Origin: a virus
DNA length: 36,091 nt
Reading direction: 5' to 3' (one strand)
Virus record (IMG/VR): IMGVR_UViG_3300045988_093606
Every line of letters starts with the position of its first letter. Positions within the stretch are counted from its first letter, which is position 1. The notes under the pieces are model-generated. The model saw only the letters and a list, made by a program, of their open reading frames with translations, was not told the DNA's origin and made no database searches. The position numbers and the translations under genes are program-made. Below, piece after piece: positions 1 through 7,006 of this stretch.

Positions 1-99
1 GTTTTTTTGTTATTGACAATCGCAAGAAAATGTGATATACTATTTCTTGAAAATATTGGAGATAGCAAGCAATGACGGTGTAATGATTGTAAGTTCGCA
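1..99. repeat. Left copy of the exact 99-bp terminal direct repeat (identical to 35993-36091)
   Basis: Base-by-base comparison of both window ends shows 99/99 identity. Confidence 0.95.
13..41 (+). promoter_or_regulatory. Near-consensus sigma-A type promoter: TTGACA (13-18), 17-nt spacer, TGaTATACT extended -10 (33-41); reads antisense into the recombinase gene
   Basis: Hexamers and spacing read directly. Lies just downstream of the lysin terminator in the circular map. A second copy sits at 36005-36033. Confidence 0.55.
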
Positions 100-1554
100 T
101 TTTGTTGCACTGCCTCCACCACACGCAACACTGCACGAACTCTCCCGCAGAGCAGCGGTTACCTGCTCCAGCGGGGGAGTTTTTGTTTTATCGGTCAGAT
201 TGACCAGCACCGTGATCTGCTCCTTGTACACGATAACCTGATTCACAAGCAACTGCAGGATCTTCTCCGTGCCCTCTGCCTGCACTTCCAGCAGGCGGTG
301 TGCGAAGTACTGGAAATGCTCCAGTTTCAGCTCCGGTGCGTCGGTTTGCAGCAGTCGCACCTCCGTTTCCAGAGCCGCTTTCTGCTGCTCCAGCTGCTGC
401 ATGGTCGCTTGCAGGGCTGCCGATGTGATGCCGTTCAGCACGGCGTTGACAGCGTTCTCCAGTTTCTTTTCCGTTTCCTGCAATCGCCGCTGTGCAGCTG
501 TCAGATCGGCGTTTTCGTGGGTGCTCTGCTGGTACAGTGCATAGGTGGCGTTTGCGATCTGCTCGCACGCCTCCGGGGTAGTGTACTGTGCGATCGCATC
601 CAGCACAGCGTGTTCCAGTTCCGCAGCAGGCAGCCAGCCGCAGCACTTGTTCGGGCAGCAGTAGTAATAATACCGCTTGTCCGTTTTGCTGGTTCCGGCT
701 CTGCCGGTGAGCCGTCTGCCGCAAGTGCCGCAGATCGCTTTTCCGGTCAGCACATATTCATGGGGGCTCTGGGTGTGGCGGTGCTTGTGTCTGGATTCCG
801 TCAGACGTTCCTGCACGCTCCGGAACAACTCCGGCTCGATGATCGGGGGACAGTGGGCATCTTCTCCGGCACACTGGAACGTCCCTGTGTATCGCTGGTT
901 GGCAAGGATTCGGGAGATCGTATCAATGCGGAACTGCTTGCCACGGCTGGTAGTGTAGCCGGCGTGGTTCAGATCGTCGCATATCTGGGCGAATGTCATG
1001 CCGCTGTCGTAGCTGGTGAAGATCCGGCGTACCAGTGCCGCACCTGCCGGATCGATCTCCATTCGCTTGTCTGCTCCGATGCGGTAGCCCAGAGCCACGT
1101 TGCCGCCGGTAGTCTTGCCCTTGATGGCGTTCTCACGCATTCCACGCTTGATCTTCTGGGAAAGCTCCGCACTGTAGTACTCGTTCATTGCCTCCAGCAG
1201 TCCTTCCAGAATGATGCCCTCCGGACTGTCTGTGATATGCTCTTTGGCAGAGAGAACCCGCACGCCGTTGGCTTTCAGCTTGCTTTTGTACATGGCACTG
1301 TCATAGCGGTTTCTGGCGAATCGGTCAAGCTTGTACACAATGACAGCCTGAAAAGTCTTGTACTTGCTGTCGGCGATCATTCGTTGAAATTCCGGGCGGT
1401 TGGCAGTTGTGCCGCTGATCGCACGGTCAATGTATTCTCCGATGATGTTGATGCCCTCAGACGCTGCAAACGCCTTGCATTCCCGAAGCTGTCCCTCAAT
1501 GGACTGTTCGGTCTGCCGGTCGCAGCTGTAACGGGCGTAGATCACTGCATTCAT
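40..1554 (-). CDS. Large serine recombinase (phage integrase), 504 aa
   Basis: N-terminus MNAVIYARYSCDRQ...SIEGQ is the resolvase catalytic domain with the Ser nucleophile. A recombinase domain, a Cys-rich zinc ribbon (CGTCG...YYYYCC) and a C-terminal coiled coil follow. ATG at 1554 is preceded by AGGAGG; the longer ORF start at 1734 has no RBS. Confidence 0.9.
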   Translation of the reverse strand: MNAVIYARYSCDRQTEQSIEGQLRECKAFAASEGINIIGEYIDRAISGTTANRPEFQRMIADSKYKTFQAVIVYKLDRFARNRYDSAMYKSKLKANGVRVLSAKEHITDSPEGIILEGLLEAMNEYYSAELSQKIKRGMRENAIKGKTTGGNVALGYRIGADKRMEIDPAGAALVRRIFTSYDSGMTFAQICDDLNHAGYTTSRGKQFRIDTISRILANQRYTGTFQCAGEDAHCPPIIEPELFRSVQERLTESRHKHRHTQSPHEYVLTGKAICGTCGRRLTGRAGTSKTDKRYYYYCCPNKCCGWLPAAELEHAVLDAIAQYTTPEACEQIANATYALYQQSTHENADLTAAQRRLQETEKKLENAVNAVLNGITSAALQATMQQLEQQKAALETEVRLLQTDAPELKLEHFQYFAHRLLEVQAEGTEKILQLLVNQVIVYKEQITVLVNLTDKTKTPPLEQVTAALRESSCSVACGGGSATKCELTIITPSLLAISNIFKK

Positions 1555-1662
1555 GTGTAAATTTCCTCCTAAGACTTGATTTTTACGAGGAAATATGCTA
1601 TAATAGACCTTGTTTGGGAAGTCTATTATCGCAATAGTTTTTCCTCTTGCCGCTTCACGGTT

Positions 1663-1684
1663 GCCGCCGTGGGGCGGTTTTTTT
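1663..1684 (+). terminator. Intrinsic terminator on the plus strand (CCGCC-gtgg-GGCGG followed by T7)
   Basis: GC hairpin followed by seven T on the plus strand only. The minus-strand reading has no U-tract after the hairpin. Confidence 0.6.
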
Positions 1685-1696
1685 ATATTTGATGTT

Positions 1697-1725
1697 GCCC
1701 TACCGTTTTCGGTGGGGCTTTTTTT
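1697..1725 (+). terminator. Intrinsic terminator on the plus strand (9-bp stem GCCCTACCG/CGGTGGGGC, tttt loop, T7)
   Basis: Hairpin with one G-U pair followed by seven T on the plus strand only. Confidence 0.65.
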
Positions 1726-1734
1726 GTTATACAA

Positions 1735-2427
1735 TTATTCTGCATCTACAGATGAAAACTGAATGCTGTTCAAAATATCATCTAATTTCTTGGAAACATC
1801 AGATGGCTGATTGTGTACTGTTAGCTGTGCAAATACCATGTATTCAGTGGCATCATAAGCAAAGATGACAGACTTCGCTGCTGTGTCATAATCATCGTTT
1901 ACTAGCGTGTAATTCATAACAGCCGCTTGAATACCATCATATGTTTCGTAGGTATATCCATCGTAGCCGTATATATCGCCATTAGCAGCCTCCTCTAAAA
2001 ATTGTTCGTCCGTTACTTTTACTGCAATAGAGAGTAAATCAGTGTTACTAAAATTTTTGAAAGAAACATCTTTGCCGGTCGTGATAGAGAAACTGGAACG
2101 GTCTTCTGCATACCACAAATACGGTGCGTCGTTTGAACGCTCCCAAGTCGCAGGGATTTTCAGTTTCATTTCTTCCGCTGTTATATCTGCAAGTTCCGGT
2201 TCGAGAGCTTGAGCTGTGGTCGTTTCTACTATAGTTGTACTTTCGGTTTTGAGCGTAGTTTCTTCCGCTTTTTGTGCGGTGTATTCGGTTTCTTTGGTTG
2301 TTTCTTCCGTTCTAGTAGCCGTTTCGGTTTGCTTGCTGCTCTCTGATTTTGCTTGTTCCGCCCCGCACCCCGAGAGTGATGCCATTACAGCACCAGCTAA
2401 CAAAATAGAAATCAGTTTCTTTTTCAT
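1735..2427 (-). CDS. Secreted lipoprotein, 230 aa (Thr/Glu-rich linker plus a globular C-terminal domain)
   Basis: MKKKLISILLAGAVMASLSGC is a signal peptide with an L-S-G-C lipobox. ATG at 2427 is preceded by GAGAAGG. Lower GC than flanking genes. Sits between int and the repressor. Confidence 0.8.
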   Translation of the reverse strand: MKKKLISILLAGAVMASLSGCGAEQAKSESSKQTETATRTEETTKETEYTAQKAEETTLKTESTTIVETTTAQALEPELADITAEEMKLKIPATWERSNDAPYLWYAEDRSSFSITTGKDVSFKNFSNTDLLSIAVKVTDEQFLEEAANGDIYGYDGYTYETYDGIQAAVMNYTLVNDDYDTAAKSVIFAYDATEYMVFAQLTVHNQPSDVSKKLDDILNSIQFSSVDAE

Positions 2428-2469
2428 AAGTAACACCTTCTCTTTCAAACAAAATAATATGCCAATATA

Positions 2470-3195
2470 TCACTCTGCAACCTGTGCCACGCCAATTACC
2501 TTGCCGCAGCATTTTACGCGGTTGTATTCATGCAGAGGGATCGGATCGTAGTCTTCGTTCAGAGAGATCAAGCAGTCTCCGCCGAATTTCTTGATATAGC
2601 CGTCGCCGTCTACCACGAAGATACCGACTTCGCCGACTTCCACAGAATCTGCTTGTTCTACCAGCACAATATCTCCGTCGTGGTATACCGGCTCCATGCT
2701 GTTGCCGGAAATCATCAGCCCATAATCCGCACGACGTGCTGCCGGCGTATCCAGTACGTCCAGCCGTTCCATACGTTCGTAGGAATCCAGCATTACGCCT
2801 GTTCCGGCAGACGCCTTGTATTCGCTGTAGCAGATCGTCCATGTGTGGGACTGCGTTTGTGCAGGAGCAGGAACTGTGCAGCGTTCTGATTCCTCATTCA
2901 ACACATAATCTACAATCTTTTTTCCGTGGCTATCAAGACCACGGTATTTTTTTACCATTACGATTTCAGGATATGTAAAATCAATTTGCTGCATTTCAAC
3001 AGCTTCGTGAAAAATGTAGTTTGCATCTGTTTTTAGCGCATCAAAAATCTTGGGCATTAACTCCATTTTAGGATTGCTGACACCAGTTTCATAATTTCCG
3101 ATTGAACCTTGTGTTACACCCACTCTTTTAGCAAGCTCTAGTTGGGACATACCCAGTTCTTCACGTCTTTTCTTGATTCTTTCTCCGATACTCAT
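2470..3195 (-). CDS. CI/LexA-like phage repressor: XRE HTH N-domain plus S24 self-cleaving peptidase C-domain, 241 aa
   Basis: The HTH is MSQLELAKRVGVTQGSIGNYETG. There is an Ala-Gly cleavage site (KASAGTG), a GNSMEP catalytic Ser motif and a downstream Lys (YIKKF). ATG at 3195. Confidence 0.9.
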   Translation of the reverse strand: MSIGERIKKRREELGMSQLELAKRVGVTQGSIGNYETGVSNPKMELMPKIFDALKTDANYIFHEAVEMQQIDFTYPEIVMVKKYRGLDSHGKKIVDYVLNEESERCTVPAPAQTQSHTWTICYSEYKASAGTGVMLDSYERMERLDVLDTPAARRADYGLMISGNSMEPVYHDGDIVLVEQADSVEVGEVGIFVVDGDGYIKKFGGDCLISLNEDYDPIPLHEYNRVKCCGKVIGVAQVAE

Positions 3196-3226
3196 TCGAT
3201 CACCGCCTATCAAGTTTGATGTATAC

Positions 3227-3255
3227 ATTATACCACGAAAAATGCAGAAAGTCAA
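3227..3255 (-). promoter_or_regulatory. Repressor promoter: TTGACT (3255-3250), 17-nt spacer, TATAAT (3232-3227)
   Basis: Read on the reverse complement. Located about 30 nt upstream of the repressor start. Confidence 0.6.
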
Positions 3256-3263
3256 TATAAATA

Positions 3264-3403
3264 TACAAGTAACTTGATATTATACTATATGCACAAAAAG
3301 CAACTTGATAATTTGTATATTTTTGTATCAAAAAAGTTGATTGAAAAGTCTTGACGAATCAAGAAACTTGTGATATAATAAAATTGCAATCAAGAAAATT
3401 GAT
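3264..3403. promoter_or_regulatory. Operator array: five 15-bp sites related to ATCAAGAAACTTGAT, starting at 3264, 3295, 3327, 3358 and 3389
   Basis: Sites are TACAAGTAACTTGAT, AAAAAGCAACTTGAT, ATCAAAAAAGTTGAT, ATCAAGAAACTTGTG and ATCAAGAAAATTGAT. Start-to-start spacing is 31, 32, 31 and 31 bp. A related 12-mer, ATCAAGTTTGAT, sits at 3209-3220. Confidence 0.7.
3351..3379 (+). promoter_or_regulatory. Early lytic promoter (PR-like): TTGACG (3351-3356), 17-nt spacer, TGaTATAAT (3371-3379)
   Basis: Hexamers and spacing read directly. The operator at 3358-3372 fills the spacer. Confidence 0.7.
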
Positions 3404-3507
3404 TGAAACGGTATCCGGCTATAGGGGAAAATGAAACACTCCAAATAAAATCGGATGCGAGTTATCAAAAACCAATCGTTATATATCATAGAAACGAGGT
3501 GAACAGT

Positions 3508-3714
3508 ATGGACGTTGTAGTGTATAACATCAGACGCATCATGGAAGAAAAAGGTCTGAAACAGAAGTACGTTGCAGAACGCTCTGGATTCAGTGAGCAG
3601 GAGTTCAGCAATATGCTCTGCAATCGTAAGCGAATAAACACAGACTTTATCAATCCGATTTGTGTCGCTCTTGGGGCAAAGCCGAACGACTTGTTCGAAC
3701 TGCAGAAATCGTGA
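3508..3714 (+). CDS. Cro-like XRE-family HTH regulator, 68 aa
   Basis: The HTH is KQKYVAERSGFSEQEFSNMLCNRKRI. ATG at 3508 is preceded by GAGGTGA. It is the first gene divergent from the repressor. Confidence 0.75.
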   Translation: MDVVVYNIRRIMEEKGLKQKYVAERSGFSEQEFSNMLCNRKRINTDFINPICVALGAKPNDLFELQKS

Positions 3715-3748
3715 GAACTGGGTGTGTCACAGAAAAGAGGTGTGAACT

Positions 3749-3961
3749 GTGAAAGTTAAAATCGAAGCAAATGAAATTGGTCAAACAGCGATCTGGCTTG
3801 ATGACAAGAGATTGGAATGTGTACTTGGCTACAGCATAAGTAGTGTTCCTGGACCAGGGAATCGATTCGTTCTTCATTTGGATATTGATATGACACCCGA
3901 TCTGTTCAAGGTAGATCTGAAAAACGAGATAGATTCACACGCATTCTGTAATCTTATTTAA
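3749..3961 (+). CDS. Hypothetical protein, 70 aa (GTG start)
   Basis: GTG at 3749 lies 8 nt after AAGAGG. No recognisable motif. Confidence 0.5.
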   Translation: MKVKIEANEIGQTAIWLDDKRLECVLGYSISSVPGPGNRFVLHLDIDMTPDLFKVDLKNEIDSHAFCNLI

Positions 3962-4294
3962 CAGAGCTACAACAAAATCCAGAAACGCTGTGAGAACGGC
4001 GCCAGCAACAAACCAAAATACACGAATATACGGTTTTCTGTGTTTTTCGTCATAGAATGCAATTGTTTTCGGAGTTATGGAAAATCCGCCGTCATCGTAT
4101 TTTCGGATTAGTTCGTTTTCTGACAATTCCCAAATGCACATTTTTGCTTCGGCTTCCGAAAACTTCTGAAATCGTTTTAATTCCGGATATCGAAAGGTAA
4201 ATAAAACATTCAAGCCATCTCCGTGGCGGCATCGATACCGAAACTCACGTACAATTGCAGTTAAAAATCGGTTTGCTTGATTGGATAAGTACAA
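3935..4294 (-). CDS. Reverse-oriented hypothetical protein with a C-terminal transmembrane anchor, about 119 aa (TTG start)
   Basis: GGAAGGGGG RBS lies 7-8 nt before the TTG at 4294. The C-terminal hydrophobic helix is IRVFWFVAGAVLTAFLDFVVALL. The 3' end overlaps the 3749-3961 gene by 27 bp, convergently. The ORF could extend to the TTG at 4345. Confidence 0.55.
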   Translation of the reverse strand: MYLSNQANRFLTAIVREFRYRCRHGDGLNVLFTFRYPELKRFQKFSEAEAKMCIWELSENELIRKYDDGGFSITPKTIAFYDEKHRKPYIRVFWFVAGAVLTAFLDFVVALLNKITECV

Positions 4295-4316
4295 AATTAA
4301 CACCCCCTTCCGATTT

Positions 4317-4345
4317 ATTATATCACATCGGAGCAGGGGATACAA
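4317..4345 (-). promoter_or_regulatory. Promoter for the reverse-oriented gene: TTGTAT (4345-4340), 17-nt spacer, TGaTATAAT (4325-4317)
   Basis: Read on the reverse complement. The extended -10 has the same sequence as that of the PR-like promoter. Confidence 0.5.
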
Positions 4346-4363
4346 CAGAAAGGAAGATGAAAC

Positions 4364-5074
4364 ATGAAAGACTTAATCCAAATTCACTACGACAACGCAG
4401 ACCGTCCGACGGTATCGGGACGGGAACTGCACAAGGCACTGGGCGTGGAAACTCCCTATACAACATGGGTAAAGCGTATGTGCGAGTACGGCTTTTCCGA
4501 GAACGTTGACTTCGCAACTTGCTTTCCAAATTTGGAAAGCGAAAATCAGCACGGGGGACACAATAAGATTGACCACCAGCTGACGATCCCCATGGCAAAG
4601 GAACTCTGCATGCTCCAGCGGACGGACAAGGGCAAGCAGATGCGGCAGTACTTCATTGCCGTGGAAGAACAGTGGAACAGCCCTGATGCGATCATGGCAA
4701 GAGCCTTGCAGCTGTCGAACGCCAAGCTGAAAGAGATGCAGATCACAGTTTCCGCCCTGACGGTGGAAAACCAGATCATGAAACCGAAGGCAGAGTACTT
4801 TGACGAACTGGTTGACCGGAATCTGCTGACCGGCATTCGGGAAACCGCCGGAGAACTGGGCGTAAAACAGAACCAGTTCGTGGCGTTCTTGCTGGAAAAG
4901 AAGTATATGTACCGTGACAAAAAGGGCAGGCTGACCGCCTACGCAAAGCCCCTTGCGGACGGCTTGTTCGAACGGAAAGAGTGCGTGAACGAGAAAACCC
5001 AGTGGAAAGGCACACAGGACCTTGTCACGCCCAAGGGCAGGGAAACGTTCCGGCTGTTGATGGTCGGGGCGTAA
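4364..5074 (+). CDS. Phage antirepressor (AntA/AntB N-domain plus KilAC/ANT C-domain), 236 aa
   Basis: The N-terminal part RPTVSGRELHKALGVETPYTTWVKRM...LTIPMAKELCMLQRTDKGKQMRQYFI is AntA-like. The C-terminal part AEYFDELV...IRETAGELGV...FLLEKKYMYR is KilAC-like. Confidence 0.8.
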   Translation: MKDLIQIHYDNADRPTVSGRELHKALGVETPYTTWVKRMCEYGFSENVDFATCFPNLESENQHGGHNKIDHQLTIPMAKELCMLQRTDKGKQMRQYFIAVEEQWNSPDAIMARALQLSNAKLKEMQITVSALTVENQIMKPKAEYFDELVDRNLLTGIRETAGELGVKQNQFVAFLLEKKYMYRDKKGRLTAYAKPLADGLFERKECVNEKTQWKGTQDLVTPKGRETFRLLMVGA

Positions 5075-5091
5075 GCAGAAAGGAGCATAAC

Positions 5092-5247
5092 ATGGCAAAA
5101 ACCAACCTGAAAGAGATGCCGGTGGAAGTGCGTTCTTCCGGCAAAGAACCGCAGAACGACTTCTTCGCAGCATTTCTGGAATACGTGAAGCAGCATGCCG
5201 ATGAAGCGATCGCTGCGGTAGAAGCACAGAAAAATGCCGCAAAGTAA
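5092..5247 (+). CDS. Hypothetical small protein, 51 aa
   Basis: ATG at 5092 lies 6 nt after AAAGGAG. Confidence 0.5.
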   Translation: MAKTNLKEMPVEVRSSGKEPQNDFFAAFLEYVKQHADEAIAAVEAQKNAAK

Positions 5248-5274
5248 ATCAAGGACCTGAAAGGAAGTATCATC

Positions 5275-5820
5275 ATGGAAGAAAAGAAGAAACACATTGA
5301 GATCCACATCGACATCGACAAGGCAGCAGATCAGCTGAATGTGCAGATCGTCGCAGAAAAACCGACCGTCAGCGAGCTGTTTGTGTGCTGCCTCAGCATC
5401 GTAAGCAGTGCCGCATCAACTATCGCCGATGCCACCAATGAGGACGAGCAGAAGGTACTGCGTGACATCGCCGGCATGGTTTCGGCAATGGCGGACGAGC
5501 CACTGGAAAAAGAGGAGGACCGACCCATGCTGCAATCCGAATTTGACCGGCTGACCTGCCGTCCGTACACAGAGGCGGAGTTTTCCGAGATCCACTACGT
5601 CTACTGCTATCATCCGGCAGTCAAGAGCAAGAAGGACATCGCTGAACTGTGGACGATCGGCGGCATCTGCCTTATCAAGGATATGCTGCCCACCGCACGG
5701 CGGGTAGAAGAGGAAAAATGCAAACTGGATGCAGCCAGAACGGCATACGAGCACGCCAAAGATGCGTATGACGAGCTGCTGCGGGAGCTGACACGATACA
5801 GCAAGGAGGAAAGCCAATGA
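5275..5820 (+). CDS. Hypothetical protein, 181 aa
   Basis: ATG with GAAAGGAAG RBS. Stop overlaps the next start (ATGA). Confidence 0.6.
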   Translation: MEEKKKHIEIHIDIDKAADQLNVQIVAEKPTVSELFVCCLSIVSSAASTIADATNEDEQKVLRDIAGMVSAMADEPLEKEEDRPMLQSEFDRLTCRPYTEAEFSEIHYVYCYHPAVKSKKDIAELWTIGGICLIKDMLPTARRVEEEKCKLDAARTAYEHAKDAYDELLRELTRYSKEESQ

Positions 5821-5999
5821 CAATCAAGCACAAGCACATCAACACCAACGGCGACACAGAGTACACCGTGGAGCATCGCCCGTCGCTGCAGTGCTGCGAG
5901 GCGTACAAGAACGAACACGGCGATCTGGAGCTGACAATGCACTGGCAGGACGTGCTGTTCCTGCCGATCGGAGGCAATCATGGCAAGACCGACCACTGA
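5817..5999 (+). CDS. Hypothetical protein, 60 aa
   Basis: ATGA coupling to the upstream gene. AAGGAGGA RBS. Confidence 0.5.
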   Translation: MTIKHKHINTNGDTEYTVEHRPSLQCCEAYKNEHGDLELTMHWQDVLFLPIGGNHGKTDH

Positions 6000-6438
6000 G
6001 AAGATCTGCATCATGTGCGGCAAGCCGTTTCTGCCCACCGGCGGACGGCAAAAGCGGTGTCCGGACTGCAAGGGCGGCAAGCCAAAGGCAGGACGAAACA
6101 CGCTGACCGCAGCTGCAAAGGCAGCCGCAGAACTGGGGATTTCCTACGGGAAGTATGTCGCAATGAGCGAAGAAGAACGAGCTAGAGCCAGGGAGGAAAA
6201 GACAATGGCAGAACAGGAAAAGCAGACCACAGAAGTGACCGCAGAGCCGGAGCAGGCACAGGAGCAGCCGGATACGCTCCAGGAGTACATCCGCTATCTG
6301 AATCAGCAGGAAACGGAGCTGACCGCCCGTCTGGAACATATCCGCATCGCACTGGAAGAGGCTGCGGCGTATGACGGCGTGCGGCACAGCGGCTGGCGGC
6401 AGCACAAAGAAAACCCCCGCACCGGCGGCAACCGATAA
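5980..6438 (+). CDS. Hypothetical protein with an N-terminal CxxC...CxxC zinc ribbon, 152 aa
   Basis: CIMCGKPF...RCPDCKG is followed by a charged coiled region. GGAGG RBS. Confidence 0.6.
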   Translation: MARPTTEKICIMCGKPFLPTGGRQKRCPDCKGGKPKAGRNTLTAAAKAAAELGISYGKYVAMSEEERARAREEKTMAEQEKQTTEVTAEPEQAQEQPDTLQEYIRYLNQQETELTARLEHIRIALEEAAAYDGVRHSGWRQHKENPRTGGNR

Positions 6439-6498
6439 CGGGGGCATGGGTAAATAATAACCACAACTATGATATCACAACAGAAAGGAAAAGTCAAG

Positions 6499-6684
6499 AT
6501 GAAAAAAAGTGAAGTAAAGAAGATGCAGGCACTGAGCATTCGCAGAGATGATGCGGTGTCCGATGAAAACTGGTTTGCAATGATGCAGGATATCTTCCAG
6601 GGGTATGAGACCGCACTGGCACTGGAACAGGCGGTGTTCCAGGATGCAGAAGAAGAGGCAGAGGAGGCGTGCAAGCGTGGATAA
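6499..6684 (+). CDS. Hypothetical small acidic protein, 61 aa
   Basis: ATG at 6499 follows AAAGGAAAAG. The upstream ATG at 6469 has no RBS. Confidence 0.5.
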   Translation: MKKSEVKKMQALSIRRDDAVSDENWFAMMQDIFQGYETALALEQAVFQDAEEEAEEACKRG

Positions 6685-7006
6685 GAAGAAAATCATTGAT
6701 TCCGTGCAGGAAATCACACGTCTGGCGATGGAAATCAGCTTGTCAGACTGCAAGCCGCTTGTGTTTGTGCGTGTTTCTCCGCATGCAAGCGTTGTTTCCG
6801 TGGACGTGTTCCGACATGGGTACAGACGTAACACACTGCCAACGGAAACCCTCACAGCTTACTATGACAGCTGGCGTTACAGCAAAAGCACAGTGCCAAC
6901 CCATTCAAGCGTGTATCGTGGCACCTGTTTGGACACGCTGTGTGATGTGAGTGACATTGTACAGCGGCTGCACGACTTGCTGGAGGAGGTGACCAACTGT
7001 GGTTAA
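6677..7006 (+). CDS. Hypothetical protein, 109 aa (GTG start)
   Basis: GTG at 6677 lies 9 nt after GAGGAGG and overlaps the upstream stop. Confidence 0.5.
   Translation: MDKKKIIDSVQEITRLAMEISLSDCKPLVFVRVSPHASVVSVDVFRHGYRRNTLPTETLTAYYDSWRYSKSTVPTHSSVYRGTCLDTLCDVSDIVQRLHDLLEEVTNCG

Noticed and set aside
1-99. The 99-bp direct repeats read as attL/attR of an integrated prophage
   Set aside because: The integrase is a serine recombinase, which does not duplicate a long core. The repeat interrupts the int coding sequence. The window begins and ends exactly at the repeat with no flanking host sequence. Circular assembly overlap is more parsimonious.
298-1560. 420-aa plus-strand ORF antisense to the serine recombinase
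   Set aside because: It is a typical shadow ORF of a GC-rich gene, with a Leu/Val/Arg/Ala/Cys-rich low-complexity translation, no RBS and no recognisable motif. The opposite strand carries a clear recombinase with catalytic motifs. It could still be transcribed as non-coding antisense RNA (see findings).
1555-1734. N-terminal extension of the recombinase ORF to 1734 (564 aa)
   Set aside because: The extension covers the terminator hairpins and has no RBS. The internal ATG at 1554 has AGGAGG at proper spacing and yields the canonical resolvase N-terminus MNAVIYARYS.
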